The notes under the pieces were generated by a model that had not been told where the DNA came from, did no database searches, and saw only the letters and a list, made by a program, of their open reading frames with translations. From Candidatus Nomurabacteria bacterium (GTDB lineage Bacteria; Patescibacteriota; Minisyncoccia; Phycocordibacterales; UBA918), in assembly GCA_020632075.1 (NCBI GenBank), contig JACKGH010000001.1, forward strand, positions 857,778-921,777: DNA of 64,000 nucleotides. The letters are read 5' to 3'. The first letter of the stretch is position 1; the number at the start of each line of letters is the position of its first letter. The position numbers and the translations under genes are program-made. Below, piece by piece: positions 9,176 to 18,027 of this stretch.

Positions 9176-9700
9176 TTATCCAAGTGAATTGAAATAGTGA
9201 TCGATCTCTTTAAAACTACTTAGAACAACTAATTTGTCCTGATATGCCGCTGCGGCATCCATTTGCGTGTCGTGTCTGTTCTGCCGCCATCTATCAAAAA
9301 TCACCTTAGTATGTAACAGGTCTTTCCACCAACTTACTTCTGGATGCCTATCTTTGCCTTTGAACACCCGCACAACATGACTAAGCAGGCGTTTCAGGAT
9401 TGGTCGCTGAATCAGTACTACTGCATCAGCTTTTTCTGCTATCAATGGCTGAATTTTTGAATGAGTACCATCCACGACCCACTCCTCATTTTCTGAGAGA
9501 AAATCAGAGACCGCCTTACGTGTCCTTTCTTTGATTTGTTGTTTTTTCTCTTCAGTGCAGCCATTAACTAAGCAGTCGTGGCCACCGTTCTCAAACCACA
9601 ATCGATCTAGTTCAAGCCTAGGGACACTACATTTTTGAGCGATCTTTCTTGTCAGTGTACTTTTGCCACTGCCCATTTGACCGATCACAATTATTCGCAT
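9176..9700 (-). CDS. P-loop nucleotide kinase-like protein (FlaR/topology-modulation, adenylate-kinase-like fold)
   Basis: Walker A motif IVIGQMGSGKSTLTRKIA. 174 aa. Confidence 0.6.
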   Translation of the reverse strand: MRIIVIGQMGSGKSTLTRKIAQKCSVPRLELDRLWFENGGHDCLVNGCTEEKKQQIKERTRKAVSDFLSENEEWVVDGTHSKIQPLIAEKADAVVLIQRPILKRLLSHVVRVFKGKDRHPEVSWWKDLLHTKVIFDRWRQNRHDTQMDAAAAYQDKLVVLSSFKEIDHYFNSLG

Positions 9701-9789
9701 CTTTCGATTGTAGCAAATTATCGAAAGATTGAAGCGCCAAATGAGGTGCGTGAATTGTGAGTATGCTATTCAACGATGATTTAATTTAT

Positions 9790-10503
9790 TTATCGTACAA
9801 CTTTACAACTTAATCCGTCTGCAGAACCATCAATTGTTATAGGAACACGTTCCCCGTTAAATGTTCCATCCGTGGCAAAAGTAACCATCCATGTAAAACG
9901 CGATCGTTCTCCTGGACATATTCCGTATTCTGGATCAATTCCGGTGACTCTAAACTGACTAACCCCACCTTCTGGAAAAATTATTTCATCAGCCAGAGGC
10001 TTTGCGTTTTTGTAGAAAACGAAAGAATTACCATTCCAGACATCAACCTGGTATTCATTTTCCATCGCACTGAAATCCCAAATCGGAATCCGTAAGCTCT
10101 TGAATTTCGGGCTACCTTCAAATGATCTCCATATGTACCCAACAGTTATGTCTGGCCCAATTTGTCTCTCTGTCGCAACTAGTTCGTTAATAGAATTTTG
10201 GACTGTTGTAGCCCTGACTGTCTCAGTGGTGGAATTAATTTTTGCTGTTGTCTCTGCAGGTATTTCTGGTTTTACTATCGGTTCGGGTGATTGTGTATTT
10301 TCCTGCTTGAGTTGCATAGTTTTCTCCAAAGGTACTTCGTTGTTTGTGCTTTGAGGCCCTCTTTCTCCTTCAGTAATTTCTTCAGGAGCTTGTTTTTGTG
10401 CTGGCCGTTGCGAGGCAGGTTCCTGTGTGTTGGTGAGGTAAGCAAAAGTAATTCCAATGATGAATGCAATAGGTAGTGCGATCAGGACAAATGATATTTT
10501 CAT
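9790..10503 (-). CDS. Secreted/membrane-anchored hypothetical protein
   Basis: N-terminal signal/anchor MKISFVLIALPIAFIIGITFA, a Pro/Glu-rich linker, and a C-terminal domain of unknown function. Confidence 0.5.
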   Translation of the reverse strand: MKISFVLIALPIAFIIGITFAYLTNTQEPASQRPAQKQAPEEITEGERGPQSTNNEVPLEKTMQLKQENTQSPEPIVKPEIPAETTAKINSTTETVRATTVQNSINELVATERQIGPDITVGYIWRSFEGSPKFKSLRIPIWDFSAMENEYQVDVWNGNSFVFYKNAKPLADEIIFPEGGVSQFRVTGIDPEYGICPGERSRFTWMVTFATDGTFNGERVPITIDGSADGLSCKVVR

Positions 10504-10524
10504 GAAAAAAGTATATCACCAATC

Positions 10525-10560
10525 ATTCTAATACTAGAAAGCCGGTATAAAACCGGCTTT
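10525..10560 (-). terminator. Hairpin terminator downstream of the tRNA
   Basis: CTAGAAAGCCGGT-ataaa-ACCGGCTTTCTAG, a perfect 13-bp stem. Confidence 0.5.
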
Positions 10561-10571
10561 CTAGTATATGT

Positions 10572-10641
10572 GCGGGTGAGAAGAATCGAACTCCCGACCT
10601 CTGCTTGGAAGGCAGATGTTTTACCACTAAACTACACCCGC
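10572..10641 (-). tRNA. tRNA-Gly (anticodon UCC)
   Basis: The reverse complement GCGGGTGTAGTTTAGTGGTAAAACATCTGCCTTCCAAGCAGAGGTCGGGAGTTCGATTCTTCTCACCCGCA folds as a cloverleaf. Anticodon loop CTTCCAA. T-loop GGTTCGATTC-like. CCA is not encoded. Confidence 0.85.
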
Positions 10642-10675
10642 GTATTGAGTCTGCAAAGCGTTTGGAAGTGATGGT

Positions 10676-10733
10676 CAAAAGAAGTGGCGGGAGTGGGCGC
10701 GAGCTTGCTCGCAAGCACTCCCGCCACTTCTTT
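10676..10733. repeat. Long perfect inverted repeat (19-bp arms) with inner palindrome GCGAGCTTGCTCGC
   Basis: AAAAGAAGTGGCGGGAGTG...CACTCCCGCCACTTCTTTT. Sits between tRNA-Gly and the glyoxalase gene. Likely a bidirectional terminator. Confidence 0.5.
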
Positions 10734-10884
10734 TGATGCAAGCAGTGTTTGCATGCACATCCAAACAGTTTGGACGAATGAGCGATTGTATCAAAGATAC
10801 ACCCGCACCCCAAGAAACTCCTTGAAGTCCAACGATTCTAGCACAGCAGGCCGATAATACAACCAATTCTGCTACACTGTACCA

Positions 10885-11283
10885 ATGAAACAAAAACTTT
10901 CTATTGTGACGCTCGGAGTAGCTGACCTAGCAGTGTCACGGGCATTTTATGAAGAGAAACTCGGCTTTACACCAGTTTCTGAGGACGAGGGAATTGTCTT
11001 CTATGATATGGGTGGTGCGCGGCTCGGATTGTTTAATAGGGAAGAGCTAGCCAAAGATGCAACAGTATCAGCCGAGGGAAAGGGCTTTCGAGGCGTGACG
11101 CTGGCGCACAATGAGCCGAGTGAGGCGGCAGTCGACGCGGTCTTTGCGGAGCTGCGAGCACAGGGGGTAGAGATCGTGAAAGCACCAGAGAAGGTTTTTT
11201 GGGGTGGATACTCAGGCTACTTTGCTGATCCAGACGGACATCTCTGGGAAGTAGCATACAATCCATTTTCTGATCTTACCTAA
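10885..11283 (+). CDS. VOC/glyoxalase-bleomycin resistance family protein
   Basis: N-terminal KLSIVTLGVADLAVSRAFYEEKLGF matches the VOC fold signature. 132 aa. Confidence 0.65.
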   Translation: MKQKLSIVTLGVADLAVSRAFYEEKLGFTPVSEDEGIVFYDMGGARLGLFNREELAKDATVSAEGKGFRGVTLAHNEPSEAAVDAVFAELRAQGVEIVKAPEKVFWGGYSGYFADPDGHLWEVAYNPFSDLT

Positions 11284-11310
11284 ACAAAAGCCCCGATGAG
11301 GGGCTTTTGT

Positions 11311-12135
11311 TTAGTCGTTCTCCAAGCTGGTCGCGGTTGTTTGGTAGGATTTGTCCTCAAAGATATCGTCACCGATCGAGACTTGGTGCGATGTGGCAAA
11401 CGGACTGCGCTGACACACCAGCTCAAGCCAGCGGTGGGTCTTGATGCCAGAACTACCGGTGATCACTGCATCTTTGGAGTCTGGGACATCACGCAGCTGG
11501 GTAATGTATGGCAGTGTGCCGAAACGGGTGGTAAGTTCGGTAGAGTCACTCAGATCTTTCTCGGTCAGGGTAGTTTTGCAGTTGCCGAAGTTGTCGATGT
11601 GCCAGACGGCTGGCGGCAGGTCAGGTACTTCGCTAAGGGAGTATGAGGTGTGTGGTACTTCGTGGCCAGTGAAGAGAAACGCTGCGACTCGTGGGGTGAA
11701 GTCGAAGCTACGGAACTGGGTGATCGGGATCCGCGACGCAGCGTCTTCATCGATAAAGCCAGCGGCGAGCATCGCGTCTGCAGCGGTGTGGGTGTCGAGT
11801 AGGTTTACTTCAGTAGCGAGGCCGAGGCTTTTCACGGCCGAAAGCGCAAAGCCGTCTACCGTCGTGAGTACAAGCGTGTCGTGGTAGTGGAAGTACGCAA
11901 ACGGCGTACCATTCTCCCATTTAGTCGTGTGGCCGCCGCGTGGTGCGACATTGACCAAGATAACGCCTGGACGTCCTTCGGTAGCATCGAGAATATCGAT
12001 CAATTGGACTCCAGCTTCAAGGTCTGATTCGACCCCAACAAACGACACATTTACCCCAAGGAGTGAGGCGAGTCGGCTGGTCTGGCGTGCGCGTGCGTTA
12101 GTGTCGCGGCAGTCATTGATAATAGTTGCAAACAT
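11311..12135 (-). CDS. SAM hydroxide adenosyltransferase family (DUF62; fluorinase/chlorinase-like fold)
   Basis: 274 aa with the N-terminal pattern FATIINDCRDTNARARQ...GV... typical of DUF62 proteins. Confidence 0.5.
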   Translation of the reverse strand: MFATIINDCRDTNARARQTSRLASLLGVNVSFVGVESDLEAGVQLIDILDATEGRPGVILVNVAPRGGHTTKWENGTPFAYFHYHDTLVLTTVDGFALSAVKSLGLATEVNLLDTHTAADAMLAAGFIDEDAASRIPITQFRSFDFTPRVAAFLFTGHEVPHTSYSLSEVPDLPPAVWHIDNFGNCKTTLTEKDLSDSTELTTRFGTLPYITQLRDVPDSKDAVITGSSGIKTHRWLELVCQRSPFATSHQVSIGDDIFEDKSYQTTATSLEND

Positions 12136-12414
12136 AAAGAATAAAAAATCCCCTGTGCGGGGTGTTACTGATTGTAATTAGATACAGACAAACACACCCG
12201 CTCAAGCGCTTTCCATCATCATCATGGTGATGGCTGGTGTGTGAATCATGGTTGCATGGTAGCAGGTCCGTACAATTCTGCAAGCGTACAAAATACAAAA
12301 CACCCTGGCTGGGGTGTTTTGTAAATGTGATGGGAAATAGCAAAGGTCTTTGCTTCTCCGAACATAGCGTATTACCTCCGCTACGTGATTATTATAGCAT
12401 AATTTTTGAGTGCG

Positions 12415-13209
12415 CTACCTTTTTCCGTTTGATTTTGAAAACGGTTTTGATTCTTTCCAGAGGTGCTCAAACTGCGACCGATGCATGTCAGCCAGCTCCT
12501 TACTATCAATGACAAAGCCGTAGTTTTCTCGCTTAGATGATATAAACGCGACTTTATTCCCATACACCGCGTACCCGAGAGTCGTATCAATATCGTTTGG
12601 GGCAATGCGAATGGTGCGAAGGGATTCTTTGGGATCGAGTGACCCAAAAACATCCTCGATTTCTCGTACGTTCATCGTACGCTTTTGTGGCCAGATAATA
12701 CGGGCCTTCAGTTTTCTGGCCACACGCTCATTGTAGAAGTGAGAGAAAGCAGTGTCGGAGACGACTTTCATCATCTCTACAATCGGCCACACCCAGAGCG
12801 ACTCTTTGTCACGAGAATGCAGGACGTCACGAAAGATGTTTTCAGCAGCTTTGGGAGAAGTGTGTACGAAAAACTTTGATTGATACTGCTCAGGAATATC
12901 GCGCTGTTCCCAGAGTTCTTGGAACTGCTTCCCTGAAAGGCGGACCGCTTTAGCTTTTTCTTCAAAAAGCGCAGCAATAGTGTGGTAGTTTTCTGCGTAA
13001 AAGATCGAACCGCCTTCATCCAGACCGCGGCGTACAAGCCCCTTTTCCATAAGAGACTTCAGATGCACGTAGATGGTCGGGCGGGGGATATTCATGATCC
13101 GGCTGAGGGCAAGTACGCCGCGGCCTTGACCTTCCTTCGCGAGCGCAAGAAATGTTTTTGTCTCAGCTGGTGAGCAGCCGAGTTGTGCGAGCGTATCAGC
13201 GATAGTCAT
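12415..13209 (-). CDS. TrmB-family transcriptional regulator (wHTH plus C-terminal effector domain)
   Basis: N-terminal wHTH (LGCSPAETKTFLALAKEG...LSRIMNIPRPTIYVHLKSLMEKGLV), full-length TrmB-like architecture, and a paralog at 15345..16136. Confidence 0.65.
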   Translation of the reverse strand: MTIADTLAQLGCSPAETKTFLALAKEGQGRGVLALSRIMNIPRPTIYVHLKSLMEKGLVRRGLDEGGSIFYAENYHTIAALFEEKAKAVRLSGKQFQELWEQRDIPEQYQSKFFVHTSPKAAENIFRDVLHSRDKESLWVWPIVEMMKVVSDTAFSHFYNERVARKLKARIIWPQKRTMNVREIEDVFGSLDPKESLRTIRIAPNDIDTTLGYAVYGNKVAFISSKRENYGFVIDSKELADMHRSQFEHLWKESKPFSKSNGKR

Positions 13210-13309
13210 GTTCGAATCCTCGCATATTTGTCAACTTTTGACAACATATTTACAAATATGGTGGCCGTAGTATTTTTGCTTCAGTATAGGTCTGTAAAAG
13301 GAGAAAGGT

Positions 13310-13876
13310 GTGAAAGAGGATATTTTATCTTTGCTTGAAAAAGCGAAGAACGCCACTTACGCTGATATCGCAGAAGTTATGGGCGAACTTTTAGCTTTAC
13401 GTATCAGACTGGCAGAAGACTGGCTGCAGGCAGGAGTCGTGTCGCCTGGGCTAGAGCAAATACGAGGCGGGTTGGCATTGATTAAAGAAGTTCTCCTTGA
13501 TCGCTTGGATGCTATACAAGGTGAAGCTCTGCTAGAGGAAATTGCTCAGAGGCGTGAAGAGTCGCGTAAGCGACTCGAAGATGGTGCTCAAGATGAGTAT
13601 GTCAGCATGAAGAAGCGAGCGGTGGAGCTGCTTGCTCGTGCAATGGAATCAAAAGGGGCTGAAATAACTGAAGTTCAGCGTGAGTGGGTGCAACTCAGGT
13701 ACGATCATGCTCAAAAAACGTATGGTGAGTACGAGCCGTCCAGTAAAACTCAGTGGATCGATAGGATCATAGATGCTGCTAGGGAGGTTATGCTTGGTAG
13801 ATTGGATGTGTATCAAGGCGAAGCAGTTTTTCGCGAGTTGCAATACAGGAAGAAAATGACTGAAGGTTCTGAATAA
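13310..13876 (+). CDS. Hypothetical helical protein with an internal duplicated module
   Basis: 188 aa. Repeated pattern ...GLALIKEVLLDRLDAIQGEALLEEI... versus ...AAREVMLGRLDVYQGEAVFREL.... Confidence 0.4.
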   Translation: MKEDILSLLEKAKNATYADIAEVMGELLALRIRLAEDWLQAGVVSPGLEQIRGGLALIKEVLLDRLDAIQGEALLEEIAQRREESRKRLEDGAQDEYVSMKKRAVELLARAMESKGAEITEVQREWVQLRYDHAQKTYGEYEPSSKTQWIDRIIDAAREVMLGRLDVYQGEAVFRELQYRKKMTEGSE

Positions 13877-13978
13877 ATTGTGGCCGGGCATTCCATGCCC
13901 GGCTTTTCTGTATCTGAAAGATGACAGAAAACGGGCGGGCCCGAAGGGCCCGCCCGTTTCTGTACTAGTGGAGAAATA

Positions 13979-14251
13979 CTACTTAACTGAGTCCTTGAGT
14001 GCCTTAGCAGCTCGGAACTTTGGTACGCGCATTGCTGGTACCTTTACAGTCTCGCCGGTGCGTGGGTTTCGTGCTTCGCGAGCAGCACGCATCTTAGCTT
14101 CAAAGATACCGAAGCCAGCAACAGAAACCTGGTTGCCATCCTTCATTGCAGCTACGATGCTGTCAAACACAGCGTCAACTGCGCGCTCTGCGTCAGCTTT
14201 AGTGGTGTCGAGTACTTCGTGCACTTTGCTGATGATGTCTGCTTTGTTCAT
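13979..14251 (-). CDS. hup: DNA-binding protein HU
   Basis: 90 aa. MNKADIISKV...GFGIFEAKMRAAREARNPRTGETVKVPAMRVPKFRAAKALK is the canonical HU/IHF fold. Confidence 0.9.
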   Translation of the reverse strand: MNKADIISKVHEVLDTTKADAERAVDAVFDSIVAAMKDGNQVSVAGFGIFEAKMRAAREARNPRTGETVKVPAMRVPKFRAAKALKDSVK

Positions 14252-14438
14252 AGATCAGAAAATTATTTTTTCTAGTGTGTAAAGTTGTGGTGAGCGATAA
14301 CTCAAGCACGGTGCCGTATTGGCTTGCAAATCATTATATAGCAACACTATATGCCTGCAACGACTACACAAGGGATAATTTTGTGTTGTAATAAAAAAAG
14401 CATGACACCAGCTGGTGTCATGCTAAGCTGCACTCTGA

Positions 14439-15236
14439 TCAATTCGTGATCTCTACTTTTGTAACAGTGACCCCAGCAGCGCCCACTCTTTTCTCAAAGA
14501 GCTGTCGAAAGCTGGTCTCCATATTGTGTTTTTTTGAGCAGTGCATACTTGCTAGTAATTCAGCTAGTGAATCAATAGCCGCCCGTTTTATCAACTCGTT
14601 GATATCACGTTCACTTCTTTGACTGTGGTGAATCAACCACACTGATTTAGCAGTATCTCCCCAAGCACAATCAACACGAACATTCATTTTCCCTACAATG
14701 CTACGGCTGTCTGGTAGTTCATCACCATGTGATCGTTCAACATAGACGCCATTTATGTACCAGAGCCTGTACGACTGCTTATTAGGTTTTAGATCAAGTG
14801 CAACTCCGCCTAATGACCGCAGTTCCTTGTGTGAGACTGTAGATTCAGCGGGAAATATTTTTACCACCGACCCTTGATTATCGAATACGAGTAGTTCGTA
14901 TAAACACAACTTGTAGAAGAGTGTGATGACCCTCCGTATAAGCAGCAACGGCGTGACGAATACTACTGCTAGGCTAAGACAAATTAGAGTTCCAATGATC
15001 GTTACTAGGAGTAAGGGCACTCCTTTGAAGATCAAAAGATCCTTCCAAGTTGCAGTAGTAACCTCAATATCGGGTATCGCATACTGCATGAATGCGTAGA
15101 ACAAAACTACCGACACTATCGTGGCCATTAGCCAAAATAGCTTTGTAGATAAAAGATCGCTTAAGAATCTGCGTCTGATGAGTTTTTCGGTGGACCAGGA
15201 AATCTGTAGGGCAATGTTAATTAGCGATTGTCTCAT
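14439..15236 (-). CDS. Membrane protein, hypothetical
   Basis: Two or three TM helices near the N-terminus and a soluble C-terminal domain. Start chosen at MRQSLINIAL; the ORF track's upstream start would overlap the neighbouring gene. Confidence 0.4.
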   Translation of the reverse strand: MRQSLINIALQISWSTEKLIRRRFLSDLLSTKLFWLMATIVSVVLFYAFMQYAIPDIEVTTATWKDLLIFKGVPLLLVTIIGTLICLSLAVVFVTPLLLIRRVITLFYKLCLYELLVFDNQGSVVKIFPAESTVSHKELRSLGGVALDLKPNKQSYRLWYINGVYVERSHGDELPDSRSIVGKMNVRVDCAWGDTAKSVWLIHHSQRSERDINELIKRAAIDSLAELLASMHCSKKHNMETSFRQLFEKRVGAAGVTVTKVEITN

Positions 15237-15344
15237 TGGTCTTCTCCTTGTATATGTGGATGAGAATCTGTGTTGACTATACAGATAATTTACTGTAATG
15301 TAAATCTGTCGTCGGCATACGACGTCATATCCTGCATGCAATTT

Positions 15345-16136
15345 ATGAATACGTCTATCAAGACAAACATTGAAAATATTGGCCTTTCAGAGGCTGAGGC
15401 AAATACGTACGTCGCACTCCTTTCACAGTCAGGGGGAATGAGCGTTTTAGAGCTCAGTCGAATGGTTAATGTCCCCCGAGCAACACTGTATGGTCACTTG
15501 GAGACGCTGCTTAAGGCAGCGTTGGTAAAAAAAGGTTTGCAAGATGGTCGAACAGTTTTTTACGCAGAATCGCCAACGACAATCACTGATCTATATGACA
15601 GGAGAATCAATGAATTGAAATCTGAAAGAGAAAAATTTGTCGTTGAGATGGAGTCATATACAAAAATAAATTCGTATTATTCTCCTAAGTTTTACGTATA
15701 TGATCAGTCCAATGCAGCTTCTCAGATTTTATGGGATGTCTTGCGTGCCAAAGAGAAAGAAACATACTGGCTTTGGCCGATTAGTGAGATGGTACGTTCT
15801 ATTCCAGTTGATGTTCTAAATGAATTTCACCAAGAGCGTATGAAGCGTGGTATTTGGCTAAACGTGCTTTGGCCAGATGCAAAACGGGTAGAGCAGGAGC
15901 AGTATTCTTTTATGGAGGGTAGTCCGAACGAAAAAAACTTTATGCGTAGAGTGCGAATACTGCCAAAGGAAATTGATCAGACAACGGGGTACGGTATCTA
16001 TGGCACGAAAGTTGCTTTTTTGTCATCTGAACAGGAACATTATGGCTTTGTAATTGATAGTAAAGAATTAACAAAGACTTTTAAAAATCAATTTGACTAT
16101 TTCTGGAGCATTTCAAAAACGTTGACGTCTAAGTAA
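15345..16136 (+). CDS. TrmB-family transcriptional regulator (paralog of 12415..13209)
   Basis: Aligns along its whole length with the other TrmB-like protein (YGTKVAFLSSEQEHYGFVIDSKEL versus YGNKVAFISSKRENYGFVIDSKEL). Start taken at MNTSIKTNIENIG. Confidence 0.6.
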   Translation: MNTSIKTNIENIGLSEAEANTYVALLSQSGGMSVLELSRMVNVPRATLYGHLETLLKAALVKKGLQDGRTVFYAESPTTITDLYDRRINELKSEREKFVVEMESYTKINSYYSPKFYVYDQSNAASQILWDVLRAKEKETYWLWPISEMVRSIPVDVLNEFHQERMKRGIWLNVLWPDAKRVEQEQYSFMEGSPNEKNFMRRVRILPKEIDQTTGYGIYGTKVAFLSSEQEHYGFVIDSKELTKTFKNQFDYFWSISKTLTSK

Positions 16137-16137
16137 A

Positions 16138-16180
16138 ATAAAACCAGGCGGCACCCGAAGGGTGCCGCCTGGTTTTATTT
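16138..16180. terminator. Bidirectional hairpin terminator
   Basis: AAAACCAGGCGGCACCCGAAGGGTGCCGCCTGGTTTT between convergent genes. Confidence 0.65.
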
Positions 16181-16192
16181 TTGATCAAAGTT

Positions 16193-17725
16193 CTATCGAG
16201 CGTAACTCACTACTCGTGTCTCGCGAATGACGTGCACCTTGATCTCACCAGGGTAGCGCAGCTGCGCTTCGATGTTGGTGGCGATGGTGCGAGCAAGGGT
16301 ATTGGTCTCAATATCGTTCAGTGTGGTCGGATTCACTAGTACGCGGATCTCGCGTCCAGCAGCGATCGCAAAGGCTTTTTCAACGCCACTGAGACTGGTT
16401 GCGATGTGTTCGAGATCTGAGAGTCGCTTGATGTAATTTTCGAGTGAATCACGGCGTGCACCTGGACGACCACCAGAGATCGCGTCGGCCACTTGGACAA
16501 TGATGCTCTCAGGTGTTTCGTATGGGTACTCTTCATGATGTGCTCGCATTGCCAAGATAACTTGCTCATCAACGCCGTACTTCTCAAGAATGCGAATGCC
16601 GATCTCGACGTGAGTACCAGCCACCTCGTGACTCACGGTCTTACCAATGTCGTGAAGAAGTGCGCCCGCTCGGGCGATCGCAGGATTGGCGCCAACTTCT
16701 TCTGCAATGATGCCTGCGATATGCGCCATCTCAACTGAGTGCCAGAGCACGTTTTGTCCATAGCTCGTGCGGAAATGAAGACGACCAAGAATGGTCACGA
16801 GGTCTGGGTGGAGGTTTGGTACATTTGCTTCATAGCACGCCTTTTCCCCCATTGCTTTCACAGTCTTTGCTACTTCACTGCGAGCTTTTTCTACCGTTTC
16901 CTCGATCTTGGCTGGCTGGATACGTCCGTCTTTGAGGAGTGCTTCAAGGGCAACTCGCGCGATCTCACGACGGATCGGGTCAAAGCTAGAAAGCACGATG
17001 TAGCCAGGTGACTCATCGATGAGCACATCAACACCAGTTGCACGCTCAAAGGCACGCACATTTCGTCCTTCTTTTCCGATCACTTTACCTTTGAGGTCAT
17101 CGCTCGGGATCTCTACGTGCGCCGTCATGAGGTTTGGCGCCATGGTGTTGCCGAGGCGATGAATGGCAGCGAGTAGGATATTCTGCGCTTTAGCTTCGTA
17201 TTGCTCTTCGCCGAGTCGATCGATCTTTTCGAGCCGGCCACGAAGATCTTCCTCGCGTTCGTTCTCGATCTTTGCGATCAATCGTTCGTATGCTTCGTCT
17301 TTTGAGAGTCCTGCTACTTCTTCGATCTTTTGATCGATTTCCAGCTTTCGCTCATCAAGTTGTGTCTTGATCGTCTTGACCTGTTCGATCTTCCCGCGGA
17401 CATCTTCTTTTTGTGAGTCCAGTTCGATCTGGCGCTCATCAAGAACTTCCTCGCGTTTATCAAGGCGAGTTTCTTTTTGTTCCAACTTCTCCTCTAAGTG
17501 CTTTCGTTCAGCTTTGGCTTCGTTCTCGATCTTTTCGGCTTTCTTTTCGGCTTCTTCAACGATCACGAACGCTTTCTTTTCGGCAGTGATCTCTCGTTCT
17601 TTTATTCGTAGCTCGATCGAATTCGTCTTTGACTGTGCGTGTAGATACCGCACAACGTATCCGGCAATAATCCCAAGAAACAAAGCCCCAACCAGCAACG
17701 CTGCAAATACAAGTGGCGGCGGCAT
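16193..17725 (-). CDS. rny: Ribonuclease Y
   Basis: N-terminal TM, long coiled coil, KH domain and HD domain (LLHDIGK). 510 aa. Confidence 0.85.
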   Translation of the reverse strand: MPPPLVFAALLVGALFLGIIAGYVVRYLHAQSKTNSIELRIKEREITAEKKAFVIVEEAEKKAEKIENEAKAERKHLEEKLEQKETRLDKREEVLDERQIELDSQKEDVRGKIEQVKTIKTQLDERKLEIDQKIEEVAGLSKDEAYERLIAKIENEREEDLRGRLEKIDRLGEEQYEAKAQNILLAAIHRLGNTMAPNLMTAHVEIPSDDLKGKVIGKEGRNVRAFERATGVDVLIDESPGYIVLSSFDPIRREIARVALEALLKDGRIQPAKIEETVEKARSEVAKTVKAMGEKACYEANVPNLHPDLVTILGRLHFRTSYGQNVLWHSVEMAHIAGIIAEEVGANPAIARAGALLHDIGKTVSHEVAGTHVEIGIRILEKYGVDEQVILAMRAHHEEYPYETPESIIVQVADAISGGRPGARRDSLENYIKRLSDLEHIATSLSGVEKAFAIAAGREIRVLVNPTTLNDIETNTLARTIATNIEAQLRYPGEIKVHVIRETRVVSYAR

Positions 17726-17858
17726 GTTTTCTTCTTATTTCAATAAATGCTTCAAAAAGCTCGTGTCTGTACGATTGCACTGTACAGGAGAAATGGCGGT
17801 TTGTAAATTGGAGGGTAAAGTGCTAGCGTACCAAAGGCAACAGAGGAGTGAACTAGCT

Positions 17859-17975
17859 ATGCAGACAATTCTCCAGTTCGGATCTTTATTGGTGCTTGCG
17901 GGTGGGGCGATCGGTTTCTTTGTGCTGTTGGCGTACGTACTGTATCGCTCTGCCAAAGAACAGCGATCGGCGTGA
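17859..17975 (+). CDS. Small hydrophobic peptide, 38 aa (MQTILQFGSLLVLAGGAIGFFVLLAYVLYRSAKEQRSA)
   Basis: RBS GAGGAG about 10 nt upstream, single TM helix, and a terminator hairpin at about 18001-18027. The longer ORF 17367..17975 overlapping rny antisense is probably spurious upstream of this. Confidence 0.3.
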   Translation: MQTILQFGSLLVLAGGAIGFFVLLAYVLYRSAKEQRSA

Positions 17976-18027
17976 CCATCATCGCTGGTGTCACAAAAAA
18001 AGCGCGACCGGAACGGTCGCGCTTTTG

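Noticed and set aside
12113-12343. His-rich 76-aa ORF (HTSHHHDDD) between the DUF62 and TrmB genes
   Set aside because: It overlaps two terminator hairpins in a short intergenic region and has no RBS. It is likely spurious.
17367-17975. 202-aa ORF antisense to rny
   Set aside because: It is Ser/Phe-rich low-complexity and antisense to a well-supported essential gene. Only the non-overlapping C-terminal 38 codons are considered as a possible micro-protein.
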